A DNA stretch of 64,000 nt from Candidatus Eiseniibacteriota bacterium (GCA_963725865.1 CAVSAC010000019.1:64001-128000); one strand, 5' to 3'. Positions 45,808 through 56,151 are shown, counted from the first letter of the stretch. A program made the numbers and translations. The notes: generated by a model from the sequence alone, not told the origin.

Positions 45808-47136
45808 CTACCGCATCATCCCCCGCAGTCCGGCGAGGGACCGCGGGCCGCCCTTGAGACGCTTCATCAGCGTCCGGGCCTGTTCGAAATCCTTGAGCAG
45901 CCGATTGACGTCGCTCACCGACGTTCCGCTGCCCGCTGCGATGCGGCGCCGGCGCGATCCATCGATCACGCGCGGCGACCGCCGTTCCTTGCGGGTCATG
46001 CTGAGCAGGATGGCCTCGAAGCGGCGAACCCGGTCCATGTCGGGCTTCGCCTGGTCGAGCGCCGCCTGATTCACGCCCGGGAGCATCTTCATGATGTCCT
46101 CGAGCGGTCCCATCTTCTTGAGCTGGCGTATCTGCTCGAGAAAGTCCTCGAGCGTGAAATCCGACTTCCGCATGCGCTCGGCGAGCCGCATCGCATCCTG
46201 CTCGTCGACCGCCGCCCGCGCCTTCTCGACCAGTCCGACCACGTCGCCCATGCCGAGGATGCGTCCGGCCACCCGCTGCGCGTCGAACGTCTCCAGTCCG
46301 TCGAGCTTCTCGCCGGTGCCGAGGAACAGGATCGGCTTGCCCGTCACCTGCCTCAGCGAGAGCGCCGCTCCGCCGCGCGCGTCGCCGTCCATCTTGGTGA
46401 GCACCAGCCCGTCGACGCCGATCTTCTCGGCGAACGTCTGGCCGATGCGCACCGCCTCCTGGCCCGTCATGCCGTCGACGACCAGCACCACCTGATGCGC
46501 CCGCACCATCCGCTTGAGCGCGCCCAGCTCGTCCATGAGCGCTTCGTCGATGTGCAGCCGGCCCGCGGTGTCGAGGATCAGGAAGTCGAATCCCCGCGTC
46601 CGCGCCTGCTCCAACGCACCTGCCGCGATCGCCTCCGGCGCCGTGCCCGCGGGCGCGCGCCAGAACGAGGCGCTCGCCTGCGGGGCCAGCCGCTCGAGCT
46701 GGTCGATCGCGGCCGGCCGGTACACGTCGGCGCTCGCGAGCAGCACGCGCTTGTTCCGTTCGTGCAGCCAGCGCGCCAGCTTGCCGGCGAACGTGGTCTT
46801 GCCCGAGCCCTGAAGGCCGGCGAGCAGCACCACCGTCGGCACGTGCGGCGAGCCGGCGAGCGTGATCGGGCTCTGCCCGAGCAGGCTCACCAGCTCCTCC
46901 TGCACGATCCCCACCACCTGCTGGCCGGCGGTGAGACTCTTCAGCACGTCCTCGCCGACCGCCCGCGCCTCGACCCGCGCCACGAAGTCGCGGGCCACCG
47001 CCACATGCACGTCGGCCTCGAGGAGCGCACGGCGCACCTCGCGCAGGCTGTCGCGAATGTTGTCCGGCGTGAGTCGGGCCTGCCCGGTGAGATTCCGGAC
47101 GATGCCCTGAAGGCGATCGGTGAGTGCTTCGAACAC
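45808..47136 (-). CDS. ffh: Signal recognition particle protein
   Basis: 'ALLEADV', 'GLQGSGKTT', 'DVYRPAA', 'DTAGRL', 'TKMDGDARGGAA', 'RILGMGD', 'RIAAGSG'. Confidence 0.97.
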   Translation of the reverse strand: MFEALTDRLQGIVRNLTGQARLTPDNIRDSLREVRRALLEADVHVAVARDFVARVEARAVGEDVLKSLTAGQQVVGIVQEELVSLLGQSPITLAGSPHVPTVVLLAGLQGSGKTTFAGKLARWLHERNKRVLLASADVYRPAAIDQLERLAPQASASFWRAPAGTAPEAIAAGALEQARTRGFDFLILDTAGRLHIDEALMDELGALKRMVRAHQVVLVVDGMTGQEAVRIGQTFAEKIGVDGLVLTKMDGDARGGAALSLRQVTGKPILFLGTGEKLDGLETFDAQRVAGRILGMGDVVGLVEKARAAVDEQDAMRLAERMRKSDFTLEDFLEQIRQLKKMGPLEDIMKMLPGVNQAALDQAKPDMDRVRRFEAILLSMTRKERRSPRVIDGSRRRRIAAGSGTSVSDVNRLLKDFEQARTLMKRLKGGPRSLAGLRGMMR

Positions 47137-47257
47137 GTTCCCTCTGGGTCTCGAAGCGGGGACTTATACCACGCCGCGCGGCAAACGGTAAAGCTCGGGG
47201 TTCGCGGCAGTTAGCGCGCGAGGCGGGCGTCTCGCCACTGCACCACCGGGTGCCCCG

Positions 47258-48028
47258 ATGTCCAATCACCTGGCACTGCGTGCGGTGGCCGACGGCGCCG
47301 GCGGCGTGATCGTCGCGTGGGCGGACTCCACCGACGGCGTGGGCGCGGTGCGCGTCCAGCGGCTCGACGCGAATGGCGCGACGGCGGCGGGCTGGCTCGC
47401 CTCGGGGCGCTCGCTGACCGACGATCCGTCGATCGCGACCGCCGGACCCGTGGTCGCGGACCGCCTCGGCGGTGTCGTCGTCGGGCTCCAGCGCGCGACC
47501 GGCGTCGCGCAGTACGACCTGTTCGCGTCGCACGTGACCGCCGCGGGCGCGCTCGACCCGATCTGGCCGGCGGGCGGCCTGCTGGTCATCGGCCTGTCCG
47601 GGCTGCTCAGCCCACCTGCGTCGTTGGTGGCGGACGGGCACGGCGGCGCCCTCGCGATCTGGGTGCGCCGACCGTTCAGCTCCGTGGCCGAGGTGCGCGC
47701 GTACCGGCTCGGAGCGGACGGCCTGCCCACCACGGAGGTGCCGCGCACGTTCGCGGCGGGCGCGATCGCGGTCTCGCCGAATCCGTCCGCGGGGATCACG
47801 CGCCTCGCGTTCACGCTCGCGGGCAGCGGCCCGGTGCGTCTCGGCGTGTACGACGTGAGCGGTCGTCGGGTGCGTACGCTCGAATCTGGCGCGCTTCCCG
47901 CGGGCGGCCACACGCGGCAGTGGGACGGCCGTGACGATGCGGGCGCGGTCATGCCCGCGGGGCTCTACCTGGTGCGCGCCAGTGGCGCGGGCCTCGAGAG
48001 CACCGCGCGAATCGTGCGGGTGAAGTAG
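47258..48028 (+). CDS. N-terminally truncated DGxGG-repeat protein with FlgD-Ig-like tail (paralog fragment of the next gene)
   Basis: 'DGAGGVIVAW', 'DGHGGALAIW' repeats and tail 'SPNP...VYDVSGRRVRTL...WDGRDD..G.Y'; no signal peptide; in-frame stop at 47189. Confidence 0.6.
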   Translation: MSNHLALRAVADGAGGVIVAWADSTDGVGAVRVQRLDANGATAAGWLASGRSLTDDPSIATAGPVVADRLGGVVVGLQRATGVAQYDLFASHVTAAGALDPIWPAGGLLVIGLSGLLSPPASLVADGHGGALAIWVRRPFSSVAEVRAYRLGADGLPTTEVPRTFAAGAIAVSPNPSAGITRLAFTLAGSGPVRLGVYDVSGRRVRTLESGALPAGGHTRQWDGRDDAGAVMPAGLYLVRASGAGLESTARIVRVK

Positions 48029-48214
48029 CCCCGCGAATGTGCGAGCGGGCCGGGAGCGCGCCCCACGCTCCCGGCCCGCGGTCGTCGGGGCGCACTCACG
48101 GCGGATCGCCGCGTCGCGCCACTTCCGCCTCGGGAACCTCGCGGGGGTGGGCTAACGTCATTGCGTGTCACCGCGTGGGCCGCCGACCGCGTTCTCCCCG
48201 GTGAAGGAGGATCC

Positions 48215-50680
48215 ATGCCCCCTCGCTCACTTCGCGCTTCGTGGTTCGCTCCACTCGCCCTCGCGGTCGTCCTGTGGCCGGCCAGCGCCGCCGCCGCGTG
48301 GCCGTCCAATCCCGCGATCGATCTCCCGGTGAGCCTGGCCCCCGGCAGCAAGGGTCCGCCGTTCGTCTGCTCCGATGGCGCCGGCGGTGCCTTCGTCGCC
48401 TGGCGGGATGACCGCAACGCGGCGACCTCGGGAATCGACCTGTACATGCAGCACTTGACCGCGGCCGGGACGGTCGCGACGGGCTGGCCCGCGAACGGCC
48501 TCGCGGTGTGCAACGCGACCGGGACCCAGATCCCCGCCGACCTGATCCCCGACGGGAGCGGCGGTGCGTACGTCACGTGGCGCGACTTCCGCGCCGGGAA
48601 CTCCGATATCTATCTCCTGCGCGTGAGCCGTGACGCCACGCCGCTCGCCGGCTGGCCGGTGAACGGGCTCGCGGTCAGCACCCGGCTCGACGACGAGGGC
48701 GCGGACCAGCTGGCGCTGGATGAGGCGGGCGGCGTCTTCGTGGTGTGGGGCCTGTCGAGCGCGGGGCCGACCGTCGACGATCTCTATGCGACCCGGCTGG
48801 CGGGGAACGGCACCACGGTCGCGGGCTGGCCGGCGGGCGGCAAGGCGCTGGTGGCCACGACGGCGTTCGAGGACATGCCCTCGATCGCCGTCGCGACCGA
48901 CGGCCGACTGATGGTCGCGTACTCGGCCAACGGCTCGGGCAGCTACGACATCCGGCTCGGGTTCTTCGTGGCCGCGAACGGAACGGTCTCGCTCGACCTC
49001 CCGGTGTGCGCCGCGGCCGGCAACCAGACCCTGCCGCACCTGGTCTCCAACGGGGCCGGCGGCGCCGAGCTGTTCTGGACCGACGCGCGCACGGCGACCA
49101 CCGCGGTCTACGGCAGCGCGGTGCTCGCCAACGGGAGCATCCCCACCGGCTGGCCCGCCAACGGTCAGTCGTTCTTCACCAGCTCGGCCGGGCTGCTCGA
49201 CGTCGTCTCCGACGATCACGGCGGCGCCTGGGTGCTGGTGGCGAACGACAACGGTGGCGATCCCACGCTCGAGCTCGCCCGCGTGATGCCGTCGGGCGCG
49301 GTGATCTATCCGATCGTGAACGGATTCGCCGGCATCACCACGGGGGGCGCGATCGTTCCCGACGGCCAGGGCGGCGTGATCCTCGGCTGGCAGGCCCAGC
49401 TCCTGGCGACGCTGGGCTCCGATATCTATGGGCTGCGGCTCGACCTGAACGGAAGTGTGGTCGCCGGATGGCAGGACTCGCGGAACCCGGGCCCACATCT
49501 CGTCTGCGGCGCGCCCGGGGATCAGTTCGGCGTCGCACTGACCGACGATGGTGGTCACGGCGCGATCCTGGTGTGGGACGACGATCGCACCGGAGGCAGC
49601 GAACTGTACGCGCAGCGGGTGGAGCGCTTCGGAGCGCTGGGGAACCCGGAGCCCGCGATCACGGGCGTCCAGGACGTGAAGAACGATCAGGGCGGCGTCG
49701 TGCGCGTGGCCTGGAACGCCTCGTACCTCGATGCCGAGCCGAACCTGCCGATCGCGGCGTACCGACTGTGGCGCCAGTTGCCGGCGGCGGCCGCGACGCA
49801 GGCGCTGCGCGAGGGCCGCGCGCGCATCGTCGAGCCCGGCGTCGCGGACCTCGGCGCGACCGGAGTCGGGACCGCCCGCGCGCTGCGGATCACGGAGCGC
49901 GACGGCGCGCAGTACTTCTGGGAGCCCGCCGGTGTGATCACCGCAGCGGGACTGGCCGGCTACTCGGTCGCGGCGCTGACCGCCGGTGATTCGAGCGCGG
50001 CCGGGAATCCACTCACCGCATTCATGGTCGACGCGCTCGCTGCCGACGGCCGGTTCTGGTCGTCGGCCGCGGACAGCGGCTACTCGATCGACAATCTCGC
50101 GCCGGCGACGCCATCGCCGTTCACCGGCACGTTCGCCTCCGGCATCGGCGCGAGCCTGTTCTGGGGCGCCAGCACCGAGCCCGACTTCGCGGCGTACCGG
50201 CTCTATCGCGGCGTCCGCCCGGACTTCCCGCCCGGTCCGGCCTCCCTCGTGTCGCAGGCGGGCACCCCCGGCTACTTCGACGCGGGCGCGTCCCCGGCCT
50301 ACTACAAGCTCTCGGCGGTCGACGTGCACGGCAACGAGAGCGCCTTCGCTTTCCTGCTGCCCGCGGGCGCGCTCGCGGTCGACGACGTCGCGGCGCCGCG
50401 CGAGGTCGCGCTCGCGCCGCTCGCCCCGAACCCGGCGCGCGGCCGCGGCGTGACGGTGGCGTTCGCGCTCCCGCGCGCGATGCACGCGAGGCTTGCCGTC
50501 TACGACGTGCAGGGCCGCCGCGTGCGCTCGCTGCTCGCCGGCATGCTGGACGCGGGGAACCACGTCCGCGCGTGGGACGGTCGCGACGACGGCGGCACCG
50601 GGGTGGCCGCGGCGGTCTACCTGGTGCGACTCGAGACCTCCGAGCGCACGCTCACGCGGCGGATGGTGTGGATGCCGTAA
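48215..50680 (+). CDS. Secreted DGxGG-A-x-V-x-W / GWPxNG repeat beta-propeller protein with FlgD-Ig-like tail
   Basis: AAGGAGG SD; signal peptide ending 'AAAA'; about 8 repeats; 'DV.NDQGG.V...W'; 'YKLSAVDVHGNES'; CTD-like tail. Confidence 0.8.
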   Translation: MPPRSLRASWFAPLALAVVLWPASAAAAWPSNPAIDLPVSLAPGSKGPPFVCSDGAGGAFVAWRDDRNAATSGIDLYMQHLTAAGTVATGWPANGLAVCNATGTQIPADLIPDGSGGAYVTWRDFRAGNSDIYLLRVSRDATPLAGWPVNGLAVSTRLDDEGADQLALDEAGGVFVVWGLSSAGPTVDDLYATRLAGNGTTVAGWPAGGKALVATTAFEDMPSIAVATDGRLMVAYSANGSGSYDIRLGFFVAANGTVSLDLPVCAAAGNQTLPHLVSNGAGGAELFWTDARTATTAVYGSAVLANGSIPTGWPANGQSFFTSSAGLLDVVSDDHGGAWVLVANDNGGDPTLELARVMPSGAVIYPIVNGFAGITTGGAIVPDGQGGVILGWQAQLLATLGSDIYGLRLDLNGSVVAGWQDSRNPGPHLVCGAPGDQFGVALTDDGGHGAILVWDDDRTGGSELYAQRVERFGALGNPEPAITGVQDVKNDQGGVVRVAWNASYLDAEPNLPIAAYRLWRQLPAAAATQALREGRARIVEPGVADLGATGVGTARALRITERDGAQYFWEPAGVITAAGLAGYSVAALTAGDSSAAGNPLTAFMVDALAADGRFWSSAADSGYSIDNLAPATPSPFTGTFASGIGASLFWGASTEPDFAAYRLYRGVRPDFPPGPASLVSQAGTPGYFDAGASPAYYKLSAVDVHGNESAFAFLLPAGALAVDDVAAPREVALAPLAPNPARGRGVTVAFALPRAMHARLAVYDVQGRRVRSLLAGMLDAGNHVRAWDGRDDGGTGVAAAVYLVRLETSERTLTRRMVWMP

Positions 50681-50761
50681 CCGACCCGGGCGGAGCGGCG
50701 GCGAGCGCGCCGGAGGGCGGGATCGCGCCGCCTCGCGCCGCGGTCGGCCCCCCCGCAGGCT

Positions 50762-51439
50762 TCAGCGGATCGCGTCGCGCAGGGCGGCCAGTGCGGCGCG
50801 CGGGTCGCTCTGGCGGAACACCGCGTTGCCGGCCACGAACACCTCGGCGCCCGCGGCGCGGGCGAGGCGCGCGGTGTCGGGCGTGATGCCGCCGTCGACC
50901 TCGATCAGGTAGCGCGCGCCGTGCGCGCGCCGCCACGCGGCGGCCTCGCGCACCTTGTCCAGCTGCTCGGCCCGGAACGTCTGCCCGCCGAAGCCGGGCT
51001 CCACCGTCATCACCAGCAGCAGGTCCAGCCCCAGCAGGTGCGGCACCGCGCCCGCGAACGGCGTGCCGGGCTTGAGCGCCAGCCCCGCGCGCGCCCCGCT
51101 GGTGCGCACTGCCTCGAGCGCTCCCGCCACGGTGTGATCGTGGGGTGCCTCGAGGTGCAGGGTGAGCTGGTCCGCCCCGGCGTCGCGGAACGCCCCCACC
51201 AGCCGCTGCGGACGATCGATCATCAGGTGGACGTCGAGGAACGCGGAACTGAGCTTGCGCGCGGCGGCCACCATCAGCGGCCCGAAGGTGAGGTTGGGCA
51301 CGAAGTGGTTGTCCATCACGTCGCAGTGCAGCCAGTCGCGCGCCGGGTCGGCGATCGCGAGCTCCTCGCCGAGCCGCGCGAAGTCGGCGGACAGGATGGA
51401 CGGCGCGGCGATGGGCGGCGTGAGCGCGGGCGTGGTCAT
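50762..51439 (-). CDS. rpe: Ribulose-phosphate 3-epimerase
   Basis: 'APSILSADF', 'H.DVMD.HFVPN.TFG', 'DVHLM', 'MTVEPGFGGQ', 'EVDGG'. Confidence 0.96.
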   Translation of the reverse strand: MTTPALTPPIAAPSILSADFARLGEELAIADPARDWLHCDVMDNHFVPNLTFGPLMVAAARKLSSAFLDVHLMIDRPQRLVGAFRDAGADQLTLHLEAPHDHTVAGALEAVRTSGARAGLALKPGTPFAGAVPHLLGLDLLLVMTVEPGFGGQTFRAEQLDKVREAAAWRRAHGARYLIEVDGGITPDTARLARAAGAEVFVAGNAVFRQSDPRAALAALRDAIR

Positions 51440-52233
51440 CGGATCATCCGTCCCGTGCCCTGCACGACGATCGTGGTGGAGAGCGAGATCCGCGAGCCCG
51501 GCGCCGGGTCCTGGAACACGATGGTGCCGATCGAGGGCGCCGCCGGCGGCGTCAGCACCTTGAAGCCGAACGACTCGAGTTGCCGGCGCGCGCCGGCGAT
51601 CTCACGTCCCAGCAGGTCCGGCATCACGAAGTACTCCTCGCGCGAGCCGGTCGAGACCAGCAGCCCGACCACGCCATCGCGCGGCAGCACGGTCTCGGCG
51701 GGCGGATCGGAGTCCACCACCAGGCCCTCGCCCACCGCCTCGGACGGAGCGTGGGTGAGCCCGCCGACGCGCAGGCCCGCGCGCTCGACCAGCAGGCGCG
51801 CGCCGCGCACCGATTCGCCGAACACCGCGGGGACCGACGACGACTCCTCGCCGAGGCTCACGACCACCATCACCCGCTTGCGGCCGCGCACCGGCGTCTC
51901 GGCGGGCGGATCCTGGCCCACGATGAAGCCGCGCGGCACCGAGGCGTCGAACCGCTCGCCGGAACGCGAGACCGCGATCCCCATCGGCCGCAGCTGGCGC
52001 TCGGCCTGCTCGACGGTGAGATTCGTGAGGTCGGGCAGACGCACCTCCCCCGCGCTGTGGATCAGGCGCGGCATGATGAGGTTGTTGAAGAGCAGCATGC
52101 CGGTCGCGAACGCCACGCCCGCCAGGACGAGCAGCGCGACCAGTCCGCGGATGCGACGGCGGCGCGGCCGCGGCGCGGTCGTCCGCGGCGGATCCGGCGC
52201 CGGTGCGGCACCCGAGACCGGCGCGTCGCTCAC
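51436..52233 (-). CDS. PASTA domain-containing membrane protein
   Basis: N-terminal TM and three PASTA-like repeats ('LPDL', 'QDPP', 'MPDLLG'). Confidence 0.85.
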   Translation of the reverse strand: MSDAPVSGAAPAPDPPRTTAPRPRRRRIRGLVALLVLAGVAFATGMLLFNNLIMPRLIHSAGEVRLPDLTNLTVEQAERQLRPMGIAVSRSGERFDASVPRGFIVGQDPPAETPVRGRKRVMVVVSLGEESSSVPAVFGESVRGARLLVERAGLRVGGLTHAPSEAVGEGLVVDSDPPAETVLPRDGVVGLLVSTGSREEYFVMPDLLGREIAGARRQLESFGFKVLTPPAAPSIGTIVFQDPAPGSRISLSTTIVVQGTGRMIR

Positions 52234-54650
52234 GTCTTGCGGAACCTCGCGGCGAACGCCCCGTCACAGCCGTGCACGTGCGGCAGCACGCGCATGAAGC
52301 CGTCGACGTCCACCACCGCGTCCGGCACCGTCCCGGTCGCGCTCTCGAGCACGAACTGCGGATTCTGCTGCAGGAAGGTCTCGACCACCTCGGTGGTCTC
52401 CTCGGGCTCGAACGAGCACACGCTGTACACCAGCACGCCGCCAGGCCGGGCGCGACGGCCGCCCGCCACCAGCAGGTCGAGCTGGACCGGCGGCATCTCG
52501 CGCAGCACCTCGGGGCCCTTGCGCCAGCGCGCGTCGGCGCGGCGGCCGATCACGCCCAGTCCCGAGCACGGCGCGTCCACCAGCACGCGGTCGAACGGCA
52601 TCGGGAAGGTGTAGGTGTGGCCGTCCCCGTGCACGACGTGCACCGCGTGCGTGCCGAGCCGCTTGACCGTGGCCTCGAGCGAGGCCACGCGCGCCTCGTT
52701 GCGCTCGAGCGCCCACACCTCGCCCTCGTCCTGCAGCAGCTCCGCGAGGTGCGTGCACTTGCCGCCCGGCGCCGCGCACAGGTCGAGCAGCCGCTCGTGC
52801 TGTTCCGGGCCGACCAGGCGCGCCACGAGCGCCTCGCTCTCGTCCTGCACGGTGCACCAGCCGTCCTTGAACGCGGCGAGCGCCGCCGGCGAGTGGTTGC
52901 CCTCGATCCACACCAGGTCGGGCGACAGCGCGGCCGGCGTCGCCTCGACACCCTCCTTCGCCAGGCGCTCGATCAGCGCCTCGCGGGTCCCGCGCAGCGC
53001 GTTCACGCGCAGTCCCGAGGGAATGGTGCGGTTGTTCGCCATCATCAGCGCGCGCGTATCGTCGACCCCGAAGCGCTCGCGCCAGCGCTCCACCAGCCAG
53101 CGCGGGTGCGAGCCCCAGATCGCCAGCGTGTCGACGTCGTCGCCCTCGGGATACGCGAGCGTCTCCTTCTCGTCGACCAGCCGACGCAGCACGCTGTTCA
53201 CCAGGCCGGCGGTGCCGGGATGGCCGTACTTGTGCGCGAGCTTCACGGACTCGTCCACCGCCGCGTGCGCCGGGACGCGGTCGAGGAACAGGATCTGATA
53301 GGCGCCCAGGCGGAGGATGTTGCGGATCCACGGCTGGGTCTGCGCCAAGCCGATGTGCACGCGCTGGTCGAGCGCCCAGTCGAGCCGCCCGCGCCAGCGC
53401 AGGGTGCCCTTCACGATCTCGTGCATAAGCGCGAGGTCGCGCGGGTCGGGACCGCCGCGCTGGTGCGCGCCGTCCAGCATGCGGTCGCTGAACGCCGCCC
53501 GCGTGTCCGCCGCGTGCAGGATGCGCAGCGCGGCCTCGCGCGGATTCGTCGGCAGCGCCGGCGTGTCGCGGTCGTCGTCGCGCGGCGCTCCGCTCGGACG
53601 CCCGCGATCGAAGTCGCCTCGACCACGGCCGCGGTCGGGACCGCCGCCGCGCGGATCGCGTCCGCGCCGGCCATCGGCGGGGCGGCCCTTCACCAGGCCG
53701 CGCCCCTCCTCGAAATGGAACGCGTTGCCGTAGAGCGGCCGCGAGCGGTTCACTGCACCCGCCTGCCCCTCGGGGCGCGGAGTCCCGGTGCGCGCGACGC
53801 GATCGCCGCGCTCGCGCGGGCCCCGCCCGTCGCCGTTGCGCGGACGCCGGTCGCCGCCCTCGCGTGGACGGCGGTCGCCGCCCTGGCGCGGCGCGCGGTC
53901 GCCGCCTGGGCGCGGTGCGCGGTCGCCGCCTTCGCGCGGGGCACGGTCGGACCACGGTCGCGGAGCGGGACCGCGGCGGTCGCCTCCGCGGCTGTCGCGG
54001 GGACCGCGGTCGCGGCCGGCGCGCGGGTCGCGACCGGAGCGCGGGTCGGGGCCGCGGCGCGCGCGGTCGTCGCGGCGCTCGCGACGATCGCCTTCGCGCG
54101 GAGCATCCCCGGGCAGCGGACGCGGCGGCACCGGCAGCGGCGCGCGACTGCTGCGGTCACGGACGAACGACGTGAAGCCGGTGCTCTCGGGCGAGGTTGG
54201 CGGCGGCGGCGCGTTCTCGCTCACCTCGGGTGCGCGCGGCGGATTCTCGGCCGGACGCGCCGGGCGCGGCCGGCGGCCGAACGCGTCGCCTCCGTCGCGC
54301 CGCTCGGGCGCCGCGGCGACCGCGGCGGGTGGCGTGGACTGCGGGACGACGTTCGAGATCCAGCGCTCGAACGTGCGCGCGGCTTCGGACGTCGGCCGGT
54401 TGGCGGCGGCGGGGGCCGGCGGATCGGTGTGACGGACGCGGGCGTCGGCCCGGGCCTCGCGCGGCGGAGCGCTGCGGCGCGCGGGCGCGTCGGGCCGCGT
54501 CGCGCGACTCGGCTCACTGCGTCGTGCGCCGGCGTCGGGGCGGTCGGCGCGGCCGGGCCGCGGCTTCGAAGTGCCGTCGTCGCGGCGACGGGCGGTCGGC
54601 GGGGTCGTGTCCACGCGCCCCCGGCGTCGCGGATTGCGGGCGTCGGTCAC
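52230..54650 (-). CDS. rsmB: 16S rRNA m5C967 methyltransferase RsmB with long Arg/Gly/Pro/Asp-rich N-terminal extension
   Basis: NusB-like domain 'LRLGAYQILFLDRVP.HAAV.ESV', 'SHP.W', 'QDE', 'DLCAAPGGK', 'VDAPCSGLG', 'YSVCS'; GTG 54650 has AAGGAG SD and overlaps the fmt stop. Confidence 0.9.
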   Translation of the reverse strand: MTDARNPRRRGRVDTTPPTARRRDDGTSKPRPGRADRPDAGARRSEPSRATRPDAPARRSAPPREARADARVRHTDPPAPAAANRPTSEAARTFERWISNVVPQSTPPAAVAAAPERRDGGDAFGRRPRPARPAENPPRAPEVSENAPPPPTSPESTGFTSFVRDRSSRAPLPVPPRPLPGDAPREGDRRERRDDRARRGPDPRSGRDPRAGRDRGPRDSRGGDRRGPAPRPWSDRAPREGGDRAPRPGGDRAPRQGGDRRPREGGDRRPRNGDGRGPRERGDRVARTGTPRPEGQAGAVNRSRPLYGNAFHFEEGRGLVKGRPADGRRGRDPRGGGPDRGRGRGDFDRGRPSGAPRDDDRDTPALPTNPREAALRILHAADTRAAFSDRMLDGAHQRGGPDPRDLALMHEIVKGTLRWRGRLDWALDQRVHIGLAQTQPWIRNILRLGAYQILFLDRVPAHAAVDESVKLAHKYGHPGTAGLVNSVLRRLVDEKETLAYPEGDDVDTLAIWGSHPRWLVERWRERFGVDDTRALMMANNRTIPSGLRVNALRGTREALIERLAKEGVEATPAALSPDLVWIEGNHSPAALAAFKDGWCTVQDESEALVARLVGPEQHERLLDLCAAPGGKCTHLAELLQDEGEVWALERNEARVASLEATVKRLGTHAVHVVHGDGHTYTFPMPFDRVLVDAPCSGLGVIGRRADARWRKGPEVLREMPPVQLDLLVAGGRRARPGGVLVYSVCSFEPEETTEVVETFLQQNPQFVLESATGTVPDAVVDVDGFMRVLPHVHGCDGAFAARFRKT

Positions 54651-55591
54651 GCGTGAGTCTCCTTCATCGTCTCCATCCGTCCTCCGAGGGTGAGTCTCGC
54701 GCCGCGCGCCCAGTCGGCTGCCGCCTGGTCGCCGCGGCCCTCCGGCCGCACGCGCGCCAGGCGCAGCGCGCCGGTCCCGCACGCCACCACCACACCATCT
54801 CCACGTGTCTCGATCACCGTGCCCGGTGGCGCGACGCCCGCCAGCAGATGCTCGGGCCACGCCTCACGCACGATGACGCGCTTGCCGTTCAGGGCGGTCG
54901 CGGCACCGGGCCACGGCGTCACCGCCCGCACGCGCTGCGCGATCGTGATCGCGTCCAGCGTCCAGTCGATCGCGCCGTCCTCCTTGCGCAGCTTGCGCGC
55001 GTAGGAGCCGGCTGCGCGGTCCTGCGGAGTCCGCGGCGCCCGCCCCGCGTGCGCGAGTGCCACGCTCTCCGCGAGCAGCGGCGCGCCGTCGGCCGCCAGC
55101 CGCGCCGCGAGCGTCTCCGCGTCGTCGGCGGGTGCGATCGCCAGCATGCGCTGCAGGATCATGTCGCCGGTGTCGAGCCCCGCGTCCATGAACATCGTCG
55201 TGCACCCCGTCCACGCGCGGCCGTCCCACAGCGCGCGCTGGATCGGCGACGCGCCGCGATACTCCGGCAGCAGCGACGCGTGCAGGTTGACCGCGCCGGC
55301 GCGTGGCACGTCGAGCAGCGCCTGCGGCAGGATCATCCCGAACGCCACCACCACCAGCACATCGGGCCGCGCGGCCGCGATCGCCGCCCAGTCCTTCGCG
55401 TCCTTGAGCCGCTCCGGCCGCGCCACCGGCAGCCCGAGCGTCGCGGCCTCGGCCGCGACCGCCGACGGCGCCAGCGCCAGCCCACGGCCGCGCGGCCGGT
55501 CGGGCTGGGTGACGACCAGCGCGAGCTCGCAGCCGTGCGCCAGCGCACGCAGCGCGGGCACCGCGAACGGTGGCGTGCCCATGAATACCAC
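54647..55591 (-). CDS. fmt: Methionyl-tRNA formyltransferase
   Basis: 'FMGTP.FAV', 'VTQPDRPRGRG', 'NLHASLLP.YRGASPI', 'MDAGLDTG'. Confidence 0.95.
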   Translation of the reverse strand: MVFMGTPPFAVPALRALAHGCELALVVTQPDRPRGRGLALAPSAVAAEAATLGLPVARPERLKDAKDWAAIAAARPDVLVVVAFGMILPQALLDVPRAGAVNLHASLLPEYRGASPIQRALWDGRAWTGCTTMFMDAGLDTGDMILQRMLAIAPADDAETLAARLAADGAPLLAESVALAHAGRAPRTPQDRAAGSYARKLRKEDGAIDWTLDAITIAQRVRAVTPWPGAATALNGKRVIVREAWPEHLLAGVAPPGTVIETRGDGVVVACGTGALRLARVRPEGRGDQAAADWARGARLTLGGRMETMKETHA

Positions 55592-55602
55592 CCGGGGACG
55601 GC

Positions 55603-56151
55603 TCAGAGCGACTCCTCCGCCGACGGACGCCGGTGGTCCTCGGGCAGCTCGCCGCGCGCCAGCGCGTCGAGCGAGCGCCGCAGGAACTGCCGCTTGAGAG
55701 GGGACAGCCGGTCCACGAACAGCACTCCGTCGAGATGGTCGATCTCGTGCTGCAGCGCGCGCGCCAGGAAGCCCTCGGCCTCGATCCGAAGTGGCGCGCC
55801 GTGCTCGTCGAGCCCGCGCACCTGGACCCGCAGCGCGCGCGTGACTTCTTCGTAGACACCGGGCATCGACAGGCAGCCTTCCTCACCCACCTGCGAGCCG
55901 GCGCGCGCGTCCACTTCCGGATTCACGACCGCGTAGCTCGCGCGGTGCTCCTCGTCGAGCGGCACGTCCACCACCAGCACCCGCTGCGCGACGCCCACCT
56001 GGTTGGCCGCCAGGCCGACGCCGTTGTAGGCCTTCATGGTCTCGCGCATGTCGCTCACCAGTTGGCGCACCGAGTCGTCGACCGAGGTGATCTCGGCCGC
56101 CTTCTGCCGCAGCACCGGGTCGCCGTAGATGCGCACCGGACGCACCGCCAT
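55603..56151 (-). CDS. def: Peptide deformylase
   Basis: 'GVGLAANQVG', 'EGCLS', 'QHEIDHLDG'. Confidence 0.96.
   Translation of the reverse strand: MAVRPVRIYGDPVLRQKAAEITSVDDSVRQLVSDMRETMKAYNGVGLAANQVGVAQRVLVVDVPLDEEHRASYAVVNPEVDARAGSQVGEEGCLSMPGVYEEVTRALRVQVRGLDEHGAPLRIEAEGFLARALQHEIDHLDGVLFVDRLSPLKRQFLRRSLDALARGELPEDHRRPSAEESL

Noticed and set aside
45760..47260. SRP RNA or tRNA near ffh/rpsP
   Set aside because: No SRP helix-8 or tRNA T-arm consensus recognised here or elsewhere in the window
53800..53950. 24-nt periodic repeats as a CRISPR array
   Set aside because: No unique spacers and no cas genes; they encode the peptide repeats in the RsmB extension
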